Assembly (NCBI GenBank): GCA_035084275.1
Contig: CM068748.1
Span: forward strand, 9,486,001 to 9,550,000
Length of the DNA: 64,000 bases
Source: Hydrolagus colliei
Taxonomy: Eukaryota
Direction: 5' to 3'
Shown: piece after piece, positions 1-14,204 of the stretch
How positions within the stretch are numbered: position 1 is the stretch's first letter
How the letters are laid out: each line of letters starts with the position of its first letter
Made by a program: the position numbers and the translations under genes
Notes under the pieces: generated by a model
Database searches by the model: none
The model's input: the letters and a program-made list of their open reading frames with translations, nothing else
Told to the model about the DNA's origin: nothing

Positions 1-2706
1 CTGGCTTTCTTTTGGAAGTAAACATGCTGGGAACTGTAATAAGTGCATCTGATCATACATTCATAAACACCCTCTGAAATAATGCAAATTTATCACATTG
101 CTTTTTGAAAAAAACATTTTATTGTCACAAGACTTGATAAGCCTTCTTAATCATCAGACTTGGCTGAGTTCCAAAATGGTAAACTGGTCTTGCGACATGA
201 TCATATTGTTAATGATCAAGTGGAAACATGAGTTCCAGCTCATCTAAAATTCACGCTTTCCTATTGCTACAATGTATGTTTACATTGTTGTAAATGTATA
301 TCTGGAGCATATCTAAAAGTGGCAATTATCTTGGTGATTTATGACTTGTTTTAGCTAGTGCCTTACAATAATTAATTTCATTAGTGTTTACTCTCTAAAT
401 ATTAGTGGGAGTTTGAACTAAGCACACTGTATTTATTACTCAATTTGTACGACAAAGCTCTTTTGTTTCAGTGCATGTAGGGTGTATTTTGAACTAAAAA
501 CTTCAGAGCACTTAGTTCTTAATATAGATTGAATTAATGTTTGCTCCACTCTAGCATGCTGTTCATACTTTTCGATTTTTTTTCTTTTGAATTGATACTC
601 AATGTTATCTTCAGTGTATTTTAGATGCATGCATTTTCCTGTAATCAAAAGCAGATTTGAAACCTGAAACAAATTGTTAATCTTGTGAGAAACTCTTTCC
701 GCCTCAAGGACACAAAACACACTGACAAGCAGTGTCCAAACTGACAGCTTCTACTGGCACCAAAAAAAACACAGCCACCAAACACTATTAAACATTAAAC
801 TAAAGCATTGCATATTAAAAACACAGATATATGGAATAATTTCAAGCCTGTAATTTAACCTCAGGGTTCAGATGATAGCTATGAATCCCTTGAGCTTTCC
901 TCTCAGGGTTTATGATGTCATTTGAACACCTCGAATAGATTACTGCCTGGTAATCACTTCCAGGAATCCATTATTCTGTATTCAATTAAACCTCATAACA
1001 TGCTGAAATATTTTCCATTTCCAGTGACATTTCCATGTTTATATTTTCTATTCTTATCGTATTTACCACTTTTCAACTGATTTCTAGCATGGCTTTATTA
1101 ACATTTTTTTCCTTGGGGCAGTTTATGAACAGTATATGTTGACTTCAGCAGATTGTACTCCTTATCATTGTACTGTAGTATGTTTATTGGATCAAATATT
1201 TGTGAAATATATCACAGTATTTCACATCAATATTGTGCAACATTAAACACAATCAAGCCCTTTTGGGTGCATTGTGAAACAGTAGAGAACACCATATTTT
1301 TGTAAGCCTGCCTTATGTACAGTTTGTTGTGCAATATCAGATGACAGGATAATCTTTCATAAGCACAGCATATTTTGCCATGTGAAGTAACATCGTTTTT
1401 GGCTGATTGCATTACTAAACAATGAAAAAATCCTACATAAATGCAGGGTTTTTTTCAAAGCAAATCATTTTGTTGTGTATTCTGCAGAAATGGACTCACT
1501 TTGTTAGGAAATATTGATGAATGAATGACTTCCCACAAGTACTACAATCATGACAGATTTTCCCATAGAAACCTCTGCTGCGATCCATGAATGCATACAA
1601 ATACCATAGCTGCATAAATACCTTGTCCTCCAGGATTTCTTTTTTGTGTGCGTATTTGTCTCATACAAGTGAGGATTGTGATTATACATCGCTGCATATG
1701 ATCATGTTGAATTAATAGTACCAATGTCATGCTTCGCTGTAAAATTATTTAATCTGGTGAATTCTCTCTAACTGGAGAAGTGATTTTCGGTTTTGTTCAT
1801 TTATCCATCATCTCTATGGTGTGCCCATTTAGTTGCCTTGGCTGTACAATCCTTTGATTTGCCTACCTATGGACTTTGAAGTTGCTCTGACTGGGTGATA
1901 ACCGAGGTAGAGAACCTCTCAGAAGATCCAATGCTATCCATAGCCTCGTAGGTTTTGTCTTGGCAAAGCCTCAGGTCTCATTGTACACCATTGGCATTCT
2001 CACATTCCCGAAAGTGTCCTGCCCTTGGTTCCAGTGAATGCTTGCAATTTAAGAAAGGAGAAACCATCAGTGGCCAATGATTCAAGCATTTTGGAAATGA
2101 GTATAGTGGTAATGCTAATGGTCATGTTTTGTACTTTAAATTGATCATTTTTTCAAATTGTTTATTCTTTAAAATGAAGTGTTTTAATGTTTTCCATACA
2201 CTGTGTTGTTTATCTTGCAATGCATCAAATTAGACTCAAATTACTTTTATTTATTCAGGATGGTAATTTATGCCTGTATGATTTATAGTGCAGAATCAAA
2301 TTGTGGGCAATAAAAATTGTTCATTGCATAATTGAACCCAACCTTTGAGCTATAGAAAGAACTAGGTTGCATCACACCATTCAATGTCATGGCTTTCCAG
2401 CTATTACATTTGTAGCTCAATAATGGAATAATACAAATGTGTTTACTTGCTGTGGGCCTTGTGAATTTCTACTAATCAATCTGCTGGCAGTGCTGTTTCC
2501 ATATGGGAAAAGATTTTAAAAATATATATATATTTAAAGAAACCTGCTTTGGTGAATAGGGAAAGAATGTCAGAGCTTTTTCTCTTTTGTCCCTGGTGTA
2601 AACGTTGAGTATTCCCAGATCAGGTATGCTGATTAGAGGGAGTAAATTTCCTTACAATCCACACCAACAATGTAGGGTCCAATGTCACTTCATCTGTATG
2701 AAATCA

Positions 2707-2880
2707 TTTCATAGAATTTTACAGCACAAATAGGCCATTTGGCCCATCAAGTCTGTGCCAGTTGTTTGAAAAGAACTATTCAGAGTCAATCCCACTCCCC
2801 GGCTGTCTCCCCATAATCCCGAAAAATAGTCCTCTCCTATTTCACTTGAATGTGAGTGATTCTCGTGCCACTTCTTTAAT
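2707..2880 (-). mobile_element. Degenerate CR1-like LINE 3' end fragment
   Basis: The motif catagaattttacagcaca..aggccatttggcccatcaagtctgtgcc is similar to the copy starting near 9560 and typical of reversed CR1 3' ends. Confidence 0.55.
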
Positions 2881-3000
2881 GACAATCTGTAATGAAGTTA
2901 CAGATTTGCACATGCTAACTGATACAGAATTCTCAGCAGTTTGGGACTCTTAAACCTAAACTCAATGAAAATTGGGCTGAAATTGCCCAATTTCATTTTA

Positions 3001-3144
3001 CAGTAGAAGCCCATTTATCCGTGACTCGATGAACCGGCACTTCCGTATTACCAGCACGCCAAAAAAAAGGCCGCAAATATCCGGCAGGCGCTTTAACCAG
3101 CATTGGCCAGGTCCCACGGGTGCTGGATAAACGGGCTTTTACTG
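3001..3144. mobile_element. Tc1/mariner (Tigger/pogo-like) MITE, 144 bp
   Basis: TA|CAGTAGAAGCCCATTTATCC...GGATAAACGGGCTTTTACTG|TA gives terminal inverted repeats and a TA target duplication. Same family as 56311-56514. Confidence 0.85.
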
Positions 3145-5277
3145 TACTTTGCATTGTACAGATAGCACACTACTTCCATCCAATCAATTGGAGCTAGATT
3201 TGAATCTAGTTCCCAGAAGAGTATTTGTTTGATTGTCTTGGGATCTAGAGAGAGTGAATGGTTGGGTGAAGTCCAGGACAATAGGTTTGAGGTTTCACGT
3301 GTTGAAAGGAGATAGGTTACCTTTTCTCATACCATGATTTCCTACTTTTTCACATAGTTTCACACTACCACTACATTTACCTATTTAATTCCGCAGTTTA
3401 TGTAATGAAATACCAACAGTTTGGAACTATATCTCGTGGGGCTAGTGGAACTCTAGCATTGTTCTATGGCAACTGTCAGACTAAAACATTGAATTTCAAT
3501 TGATTATTTCTATAGAAGTAATTATTCAATTAAATGGTGTGAGAAATGGCGGAGAAATGTTGCTTCCACAGTATTGCTTTCCTTGTAGGTTATATTGATG
3601 GGATACTCATTGTAAAAGTCATGCAGTAAGTCCCCTCTTCTCTGTGTCTTTCCGCTGTGTGAAGCTTCTAGATGTTCTCTGAATTTTATTAAATTTTATA
3701 AAAATATTAATTTGGCGTTGTTATTGTCCACCCTTATTAATGCACGTATATGTGGTTCCAATTACTAATTTGCAGGGAAAAGGTAATAGAAACACAACAG
3801 AAAAAGTATAATTTGATGGAAATTAGTTAGATTAAACTATTACTAGCACTCATTTCTGGCATTACAAAACTCATAGAAAGTCAATTTGGCCACCATCAGA
3901 TCAGGGTTACTTTATAAAGAAAAACCTTGCTTTTGGCTACTTCTTCCACTAAATATAGGATAATAAATATTTTTTGCCTCGGGGAATATTATTGACATAA
4001 TTGATTTAGGTGTTATATTATTTACACAGATTCATACACTGACTCGGTGTATGCATGTTAATACCTGCTATGCTGGTTAAGCATTAGGTTATGTATTTGT
4101 AACAGTTGATGAGCAATTATGATTTTACAAAGAATTCTTTTGTTCAGACTTGTTTCCAGAATCACATCACGTCTCTGCATTTCTTTCAGGGCTACTGTAG
4201 TGATGAATGTTTGCCTTAAATCAGCAGGAGAACTTTGGTATGTTGTTCTGCTATTAGGAAATATTCCAAGCAGAACCTGTTAGTTTTATATGCATTGGAA
4301 TTTCATTAAGACAAAAATGTGGAATGTTAGCAAACTGGACAATGAATTGATTGTCTACAACTGGCTGGCTGGAATAAATGAATATAAATGAAGAATTCTA
4401 AATACCAAATAACAGACTTATATATTTTATAAATGTATTCCTTCATCTAGTTGCCAAAGTCATTGTTGTATGTTTAATAATTCATTAATATGCTATTAAC
4501 ATATAAATCACAACAGTTTTATGCAAAATACCATATCTAATACCTTTAAATTGCATTGTAAGATGAAATGAGGTGTATCATTTACTATCATATAATTTCA
4601 CATATTACTTATATTTCGATGATATAACTCTACTCCCTGCTTATTTCTGCCATTCTGATTACTGGAATGCAACATTTTCAATAACCAGTTGGATTATTCA
4701 CTATTGTGAGCTTAGTATATGTCATCAAATAATTACAAATGTTTAGTGATATTACAGCAGCTTGTTCAAAATGTACAAGAACTGTATGAGGTGTTTGATC
4801 AGGACAGAAATAAGATGAAGCCACATTGAAACAGCATTTACGCTTATGTTTATCTTGCTTGACTGAAAAGATAACTCGAATAACTGGAGTTCATACTAGT
4901 TGTAAAAATAAAAGAATTACAGTATTTTTAGGGCAACATTTTTCATTGTATGAATACTACACTAGTTTTCAGTGATGTTATTGGTTTTGCAGTCCTTGAA
5001 TTATATTTAAACATACTTGTTTACTCTTTCAGGCCAACTCAATATATGATGGATGTATAACATTCTTATTTTCAGCTGAAGGAGTTGCATAGGGCAGTGC
5101 AAGTGTTGGCAATGCACCACAAGCTGCTCTGCAGGCATTTGGGCTCAAGTAGTACAAGTGAAATGATTTAATTGTAGAACACATTGAAGACCAACCTGAG
5201 CTCTAACTGACTTCAGCTTAGCCACAATAGTTCCTTTTATCTCACTTGAAGATAGATATAGTCAATACACATCCAGT

Positions 5278-5353
5278 AACAAACAAACAAACAAACAAAA
5301 CTTACATTTATATAGCGCCTTTCACGTCGAGAGGACGTCCCAAGGCGCTGACA
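5278..5353 (-). mobile_element. Very short, 5'-truncated L2 LINE 3' terminus with (TTTG)n tail
   Basis: Reverse complement is nearly identical to 10985-11040 (tcagcgccttgggacgtcctc..gacgtgaaaggcgct.tataaatgtaa). Confidence 0.85.
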
Positions 5354-8300
5354 TTACGTCTTACAAAAAGATCTGCAGCTACTGGTTCTCTCAGTTTCTG
5401 GCACAAAGATCCTACAAAAGAAGCTCAGCTCCCTTAAATGTTCAAGACCTGATAATACTGTTGATATTGAAAGACTACCCTGATAGTGCATTGTGATGGT
5501 GTACTAACTCACTGAGCCATCGAATGGTAGGCTTCCGGTTCATACCAGCGATGCCTCAGATTGTCTCAGTCAGCAAATTGAGGTGCTTGTATGGATGCTG
5601 GTATTTTCCCCCAATTACAAATTTAGAGGGAAATAGAGGAGTGAGTGAATCTCAGCTAGTCTCACACATTTCTTATATCTCAATTCAAAAAGGTACAAGA
5701 TAAATTTCAGACTATGAAAAGGATTTGGGGATGTTAGATTTAGAGATAGATACATCAAAGGAATCTTGTGGGAAAGTGGATGAGTAAGCTCGATGGACCA
5801 ATGGCTCACTCCTGCCTAAAATGATTACTGTGTTATAACTACAGAATGCTTTTGGCATAACTCCTTAAACAGGTTGCCATCCTAACTTCTTGGTCTGGAA
5901 ATGTGCATGGCATGCAGAAATCTAAAGTGGGGAGAAAAAATAATCACACACACACGTGATAGAATAAAACATAAGGCATTATCTGGGAAAGTAGAGCATT
6001 TGAAAGTTTCTGTCTTATGCGAATCTCTGCTCCAAGGACAATGTCTGGAGACTATTTAGTATAATTAGTGGTTTCTTTTCCATTTAAAAATAATATTAAG
6101 CAACGTCAGATATCCAATTTATCCACATATATTCTGAGTTTGTTTGGTGAGGGATTGAAAGAAATGCTAAACGTTCTTTCGATGAAGGGTTTATTGCCAT
6201 ACTAAATAAGGCTATAAATTATTTGCCATGCAAGCACTTCACTTGGGTAAAATCACGTACTTCTGTAGCTCATACTCATGTGGAATTCTGATACCAGATG
6301 TGATTTCTAGCAGAAATTACAGGTAGTTATTTCTGGAACAAAAACTAAGAAATTGGCATTGTATTATTAGCTTTGTTTCAACCCATGACTGACAAAATCT
6401 GATTATCTTAACAATATAATAATCTCTTCAGTATGAAGGCCTTAAATCATTAAGTTGTTTTATTGATGTAAGTTTCTAGTTACTGTACTTGTTTTGCTGT
6501 TGCTTTGTAGGACTGTCCTAGTAAATATTCCGATTTGTAAATGAAATGTTATTTGTAGAGTTACTTATCATACTGAGGACAATTGTGTCTTGAGATGCAG
6601 AATGGCAGAATAAAAGTCAGAGAGTACAAAGACTACAGATTTTAATTAAGGGTTGAAGTATTAGATAGAAGGTCAAAGTAACATCTGCTGAACCTTTCAT
6701 TCTGGCACAGAGCCTAAGCTTAAAGCAGAGAAGCTGCAACTGTGATCTGTGTTAATGAGTGGTTGTGGCACACAATGCTAAAATCATGGGATTATCACAT
6801 GTTCAGACATAAGTTCAAAGAAGCAAGTTACAAATTTGCAGTACAATTTGAAGAATTCATCAAAAGTTAAAATATTTATGTATCTAGCTTAGATTGTTAG
6901 TGTGATTATTTCATGAAATAAATTTAGCAAAAATACTGGCAACATAACAAAATGTAGGGATTCGTGTTGAGGTAATGTTTCACTTTTATGATATGATTGT
7001 ATTTGTGCTTTACTTTTCTGACAGATACAATGTCTGTAATTTAAGTAAAATTGTTACCAAAACAAAAGTCTTATGAACATAATTTGTGCATGTACTTAGT
7101 GTTCAGAACTTAGTGTTTTATTTCTTACCACAAGTGGAATGTATTATTTTGTTATTACTTAATGGAATTTTTAATCAACAAAGATCAGTTTATTTTTGTT
7201 TTATGTTACATGTGTCATGTGTTGTAAATTTTCCTTGAATAGTTGTTTGGCAAACAGTTACAATGGCAGAGAAGGGTATTAATTTCAGCTTTGAAAAAGT
7301 TATTATTATTTGTAATGTTCTAAATAGACATTATATTAAGATTGTGTTATTTCTACTACAACTAAAAAAAAGCTCTATGATATGATGGAATATATAAATC
7401 TCCCTTATGACATTGTTAATCCCATGCAAACCAAGGAAATCGTGAATTCTGTAATGTCCAACAACACTTAGAAACTAATAAGTGGCCCAAAATTCCAACT
7501 CTGTGATGTTTCAGATATACGTAACAAAATAAAACATGCAGAGTTTATAGATTTTCAGTAATTTTATCGAAAATGTACTGTGGATTCACAATGATTAAAA
7601 ATTAGGGCAACACTGGATCTTTTCAGCTGCCTGCAGTGATAGAGTAAAAGCCAGAGACGAAATTCAACCTCATTAAGAACTACTTGAATACTCCCTATGA
7701 GATTGTTATTATGAAGCTCGACTTGAAGTTTCTATGTTTGCAAACAAGTCATTGTATATTATAATGTAGAGTTTAATAAAAAACATTTTTAGGGAAAGGG
7801 ACATAAAGAACACATTTCTTTTTTAAAAAAACAATAGGTGATTTAAACCATTCCAATTTGAAGTAGCTTGTTCTTCAATGATAGCTTTTGTAGACTACAA
7901 AGAACCTATTTTGTTTGAGCGTACCTAGTACTTAACATAGAAATGTAAAGCCAGCAGCTATATAGATAAAGAGACCAACTTTCATTTGAAAACACTGAAC
8001 TTTTCATTCTAATATTGGTTGAGGCTAAGTTGTAACGTGCACTTGATTAAATTTTACACGCAGATTTATTTTTAAAGCTAGTTCAGTGTGTTTAATTTGT
8101 GAATTTGTCTGCTGCTTGCAGAGTACACAGGCTGAACACTGCTCAATAATCAAATTAGGTTAGGGTTTTAGCTACAGGGGTCCTCCGCTTGTTAATTCAG
8201 TTCAATACAATAGCATTCATGCTGAAATAATAGTCCATTGTTTGAAGTTCTGTGTTCCTGCAACCTTAATAGTCCTTCAGCTCCTGTTCAGCAATTAGTC

Positions 8301-10165
8301 CATACGTTTTACAACCAGGCCTTCAATAATCCAAGCATACTCTCCAGAGTCATTGCCAAGAAGAAGAAAAATAATTTGATTACAAGGAAATGCAAAAATT
8401 ATAAGACTCAATTTGTGTCTATTGATTCGAACATATGGTAGTTTGGGTCATTCAACAGTTAACTCTAAACTTATTTGAACATTTACATGTGACTTTACAG
8501 TATTCATAAAGATTTTTACTTAAAGTAGGGTTTTCCCTTCCCACATGAGCAAACAGATATGCACATATCACGTAATTATGTCTTTTTATTGGTAGCCAGA
8601 TTCCTCATTTATTAAACAAGACCAGGCAAAATTTTCTTGACACAATGCTAGCATTAATCCCAGTACAAACCCGGGGCAAAAGCTGTGTACATGTTAGAGA
8701 AGAATTTACATGCTTGCCATCAGTGTTAGATAACATTGTTGGTTACATGTAGATAGCTGGCTGTACAACAGTAAAGTGTTTGCATAGTACAATCAGTCAT
8801 TCGACATGTGCGTAAGTGTGTGGTGAGGCTAGGGGGTATTGAATACTATGTATTGGGCACCCTGCAAAAGGAAACTGCCGCAATGATCAAGGATAAGATA
8901 GTATTCTAAAAAACAATGGATACTCATAGCAATGCTATGTTAGGACTGGCAATAATAGAGGAAATGCCATTGTCACTAATCCTGGAGCCAACTCTCTGAT
9001 GCTGCAATGCTTGGGCTGGCTATCAGTTTGCATTTGTGATGTGCTAACAAATAATTTACCCACATGTTAGGCAGTATTGTGCTTTGTCAGGATCTTCTAA
9101 CTAGGGCACGTAACTGCTGTACAGCAAATTACAGTAAATATCAAGGAACATATTAGTAACTGTTACACCATTAAATGTCTGCTATTAATTGTAACTGGAA
9201 AGTTTCTCTATGTAATCCCTTTTACATTGTTATGACCTTTTAGCAGACATGCTGGGTTTTAGAATATTCTAAATTATGCAACACATTATGCAGAAGATAA
9301 TTGTAAAATTTGGTATGTAAATATGGTAAAATATGTAATTGGGACACAAGTGCTCACTGACTAAAATTATTTAGCTAACTGGAGTGAATACAGTGGTTGT
9401 AGTTATATTCAATTAACAGACACATTCACTCATTTGGTATTCAGATTGTGGAATTGACTGCAAGAGTTGACCACTAATTAACGGGAAGATAATTCCATTC
9501 GATTAATATTGATGGAATAAGTGACGTTTCCTCAGTCAATGCTTTGCTATTTTAAAGAACGATAGAAATTTATAGCACATGATAAGGCTATTTAGCCAAT
9601 TGTGTCTGTACAATCTCATTGAAAGAATGATCCATTCAGTCCTATTTACTTACCTATTTTCCCCGACACCCTACATATTACTCCTTTTAAAATATTTATC
9701 CAGTTCTTGAAAATCAATACGGATTCTTCTTCAAACATCACACCTGGCAGGGCTTCCACACTAATCATTCCGTATCATTCCCTGTGTGTAAAAAAAATCC
9801 TCCAAATGTCCTTTCGTTTCTTTACTAATTATCTTAAATTGATGCCTTCCAGTCACTGATTCCCCAAACATTGGAAATAATTTCTCCCTATTGACTCTAT
9901 AAACCCCACCCCCCACCCCTTCATAATTTTAGAGACATTTTTCAGGTCTTCCCTCAAACTTCTCTGTTTCAGTGAAAATAGATTCTCTAGTTTCTACTCA
10001 TAGGTCAAATCAATCATCCCTGGTATCATCCTGTCAAATCTCCTCTGCACTCTCTATGGCCCCCGACATCCTTCCTAAAGTAGGGTAACCAATGCTAAAC
10101 ACAATGCTAACTGTGGTTAGCTCAAACTAACCATTTATATTTTATGTTCTTTATCCCTATTTATA

Positions 10166-10366
10166 ATAATAATAATCCCTGCATTGAATATAGAGCCTTA
10201 TTACATTGTTAAGATGCCTCAAAACGCTTCACAGCATACAACATAAAGTGAATTGACTGTATATTTTGTGGGCAAAACGCTGCAGCCAATTGTGTACAGC
10301 AGTGTCCCACAAGCAGTCGGGGATTGAGTGACCAAAATATTCTTTTTTTAAATTGAGCGATTATTA
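10166..10366 (-). mobile_element. SINE 3' portion with (ATT)n tail and a ~16-bp target site duplication
   Basis: Similar to the reverse complement of the SINEs at 35063 and 55088. Flanked by tttatccctatttata (10150-10165) and tttattcctgtttata (10367-10382). Confidence 0.75.
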
Positions 10367-10526
10367 TTTATTCCTGTTTATAAAACTTAGCTTTCTCCAC
10401 ACCTCTGTCCATGTGTCTCTCACCCTTTCAATATACATTAACCCCTAGACCTCTCTGCTTTTCTACTGCGTTTAAAATGTTACCATTTATAATAGGTACA
10501 CACTCTCTATTTGTTTTCTAAAAGTA

Positions 10527-11053
10527 CTGCAGCCCGTGTACTATCCCGCACCCGCCTCCGTGACCACATAACCCCCACCCTCGCCCGTCTCCACTGGCTC
10601 CCCATCCTCCAGAGGATCGAGTTTAAGATCCTCGTCCTCACCTACAAGGCCTTACACGGCCTTGCCCCATCCTACCTAGCCGATCTACTCTCCCCCTACA
10701 CACCCACCCGGACCCTCCGTTCAACAGGACTTGGCCTGCTCCAAGCCCCCCGCCCGAACCGCCCCACCATCGGAGGCCGGGCCTTCAGTTTCTCCGCTCC
10801 CACCTTATGGAATGCCATCCCTCAATCCCTCCGTTTCGCCTCTTCCCTTTCCTCTTTCAAGGCCGGTTTGAAGACTTTCCTCTTCGATCGTGCCTTTTGT
10901 TCCACCCCGAACTCTTTTACCTCCCCTTCGTGTTTCACCCCTTCCCAAACACTCCCCTCCCAGCTCGGGTCACACGCCTCTTGTTCAGCGCCTTGGGACG
11001 TCCTCCCGACGTGAAAGGCGCTCTATAAATGTAAATTGTTGTTGTTGTTGTTG
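10527..11053 (+). mobile_element. Young 5'-truncated L2-clade LINE (ORF2 C-terminus, 3' UTR, (TTG)6 tail)
   Basis: Uninterrupted reading frame AARVLSRTRLRDHITPTLARLHWLPILQRIEFKILVLTYKALHGLAPSYL...GGRAFSFSAPTLWN...FKAGLKTFLF, typical of L2. CpG-rich and much higher in GC than the flanks. Confidence 0.92.
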
Positions 11054-14000
11054 TATATAACCACACTCTTATGCAATAAAAAAGAGAGAATTCACTCTCA
11101 AGCTAAACTTGAAAATGTTATAACAACAGAGAGATCCCTAAAGTGCCAAATTTGTTTCCAATAATGCTATTTAAACTTGTGCTATGTTTTAGTTTTTCCT
11201 TTGTTGATTAATGGACTTCTAACCAGCAGACCCATGAGAAGCAGGCTAATGCCAGTATAGACAACTGTTTATACAATGGAAGTTACTTACAGTATTTCTC
11301 AAGTACATGCTCACAAGTTTTCATTAACTGATCTATAGGATTAGGATCTAGAGCAGCATTTCAATGTGGATTATTCAAGAATGTTCCCAGAATCTGAAAC
11401 ATTTCTTTCAATAATAAGGCACATGCTTTTGACACAAATCACTTACATTCCACTGTGTATAATAAATAGCCTGTGGAGCCATTTCTTTCTATCTTCTACT
11501 TCAGTATGGTGCTTAATAGCAGAGACCAAAATAACATTTGAATCACCCTTAGGTTGTGCATTGCTTTTTTTGGGAAACCAAAGTGAACTCAGTCAACATA
11601 ATTAGTGGCATAAACTCAAAGAACACACTACATCTGATGTGGGAACTGAGATCATTTATTGAAGTTGGGCAAACATCTCTGCTTCATGATAAAAGACATG
11701 TGACTTTATAGAGTGGAGACTAAATTTTAGGAACTACCTCAGGACTTTATGTGTAACTGTCATTAATCAGCTGACACCTCAATAATTTTCAAGCTGACCC
11801 ATATTTGTTTATACCAAATTATCTTTTTTCATTCAAAAATATTCAACCACTTATAACCAGTTACCTATTATAGGTTCTGCGTGTAGTCTAAACTGGTATA
11901 TCTTGTGGCTATTTTGACTTGCTATAATTAATACAATTGAATCAAAATAAATGTGTTTAAATATGTTTAGATATTAATAGCTTTGAACTATTCCCTCTTC
12001 ATAATTCATCAGTGAACTAAACAGAAGTGACTCTTTTTCCGAGATACCCTACCTAGAATTGGATAAAAACGGAAACTAAATATTCTAGCCTTGACATGCT
12101 TAAGGGCTTCTTTGTGACTTGTTCTGTAGACAAAATAAGTAGAGGTGGGAGCCTCTACTTAACTATTCTGTATTTTTTTTCCATAAGAAAATTTTCAATT
12201 CCATTTAATTATAGCTTTAGTACAAAGCTGTACAGACTTGAAGGAAAGCTTACACTCCAAAGATATTTAATTCTTTGCAGCATCAAGTTAAATTTAGGAT
12301 TCTAGCCAATGAAACAGATTACAAAGGGCTATGTAGTTTTGAAGTATTTCCATAATCACTTAGAAAATGAGTGTTCTGTTTTTACTAATTATACATCTGC
12401 TTTTTTATGTTTCCCTCTGAGTATGATCTCATCTTTAGTTTAACGGTGCTTACTATTCCTGTTCTCCTAGTGCCAATATTGACATAGTTGCATCACCTTA
12501 GCGCTACAAAATACCACGAGAGGATGACAACAGATCCAGATTTGGTTGTGTTTAACTAAGGGCTAATGGAAAGTTTGCATCTTTATTAAAGTAAACATTG
12601 TCAGTATCCCTGATCTAAAAAGTTTGAAAAAAAATTATGTAAGATGTTCTTGGACTTTGTTTTCAAATTAGAATTCTTCTGGTTGTGCAGACAGACCAGT
12701 TGATCCTGTAACAAATAAAGGTGTTATATATCAGCATTTCAACAAAAATGCTGGTGCCCTCATACATACCTGCAATTTGTGTCACCTTACCTGATAGCCG
12801 GGAGCTAGTTTCTATTAAAACTATAATACCTCCATTTCATTATACTGTATGTTTAACACTAAGGTGGTATGATAAGGAATATAAGGTTATCATTTAAAAT
12901 GTCTTGCATACATAGAAATGGGCATCTTTAGAAGCTGCACGTTTATTGCAGGAACTGTTAAAAAGGTAGAGGAAAAGTTTGTGGACCAAGTTAAAAGTTT
13001 CTGTTGTGGTGTTTTTCATTGCATCTGGCCTTCAGCTGTGAAGTTTAACATGTATTGCAATAAATGAGAGTTGTTGTGACCTAACACAGGGTCAGTACAA
13101 AAATGCTTCTTTCCTCATTTCTTTTCATGCACTGAAGATAGCAACTCGCTGAATTCCTAATGTGTAAACCTGTTTATAAAGGGTATCATTAATCACAATG
13201 TATGTTGTACATTAGCAAGTTAAAATTAAACTTTGCAAATGGTTGTTAGCCAGAAAGCTATATATTTAACTGAGTCAATATTGTGTGATATGTCTCTACC
13301 CACTCCTATACAATGTGAAAAGGGAGTAAACTAGGAACAATAGATATCAAGCAAAGAAACCCATTTTAATGCCACACTGCAGTGGTCGAACAAGCTAAGC
13401 AAGAAGTTGTGGACATTCCTGACTCTTGAAATAATTTATTTGTAGCTGCAGGATGCGTTTAATAATGAATTCATTGTAGACTTCCAACTGCTTCTTAAAA
13501 CATCTACAAAATAGGTTGCAGCAATAAATGAAAACACTTGTTAAAGCTTTTGAGATTCAGAAACCTTTTGCCGATTTTAATTTGCAATTTCCTCTTCACA
13601 TTGCAAATACTTTAAATGATTACAAATGTGATCGTTGTGTGCATTCAAATGACCAAAACCAAAAGTTGTAGAAAATATTTGGAAAATGCAATCTTTAAAA
13701 AAAACTTTCAAAACAAAACTGGATCCTGTTTTTCTCTAGTGTAGGGTGAATTGAAATTAAAACTATATCAGCTTCTTCATTCTTTGAAATGTTCTGAATT
13801 TTTTTTAGTTTTATATGTTGCTGACACACACATATAGGGTGATAGCAGTAGTACAGAAATCAGTCTCCTTTATTACATTCAGATTTCTTTTTACTGACTA
13901 CACATGACTACTAAAGATAGCTGAAATACAGTAATATGCAGTTTAGATATAAGACATAAGAAAATTCCAGGATATTGTTGGCGTAAGTACATTTTTACAA

Positions 14001-14125
14001 AGTTCCAGCTTGTTGATGACTTAATAATGATAGATTTGCTCCAGTTACATGCAAGTCTGACTGTAAGCAACTTTCATGTCCATCCTCAACTGGTGCATAT
14101 GAACAATGGCAAGAGCAGCAGTTTC

Positions 14126-14204
14126 CTGGAAAATAAACCACTGAGTGACATCAGGACTGTATAACCCACGAAATGCTGATGTCAGCAAACGGTTTATTTT
14201 CCAG
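14126..14204. repeat. Imperfect inverted repeat with 29-bp arms and a 21-nt spacer
   Basis: ctggaaaataaaccactgagtgacatcag (14126-14154) versus ctgatgtcagcaaacggtttattttccag (14176-14204); 24 of 29 positions are Watson-Crick complementary. Confidence 0.85.

Larger units (their letters stand above)
9557..11080 (-). mobile_element. Old CR1-like LINE fragment interrupted by a SINE and an L2
   Basis: CR1-like 3' end starts at ~9560. The segment ccctggtatcatcctgtcaaatctcctctgcac is the reverse of the CR1 VQRRFTRMIPG motif. CR1-like sequence resumes at ~10370-10526 and briefly after 11053. Confidence 0.65.
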
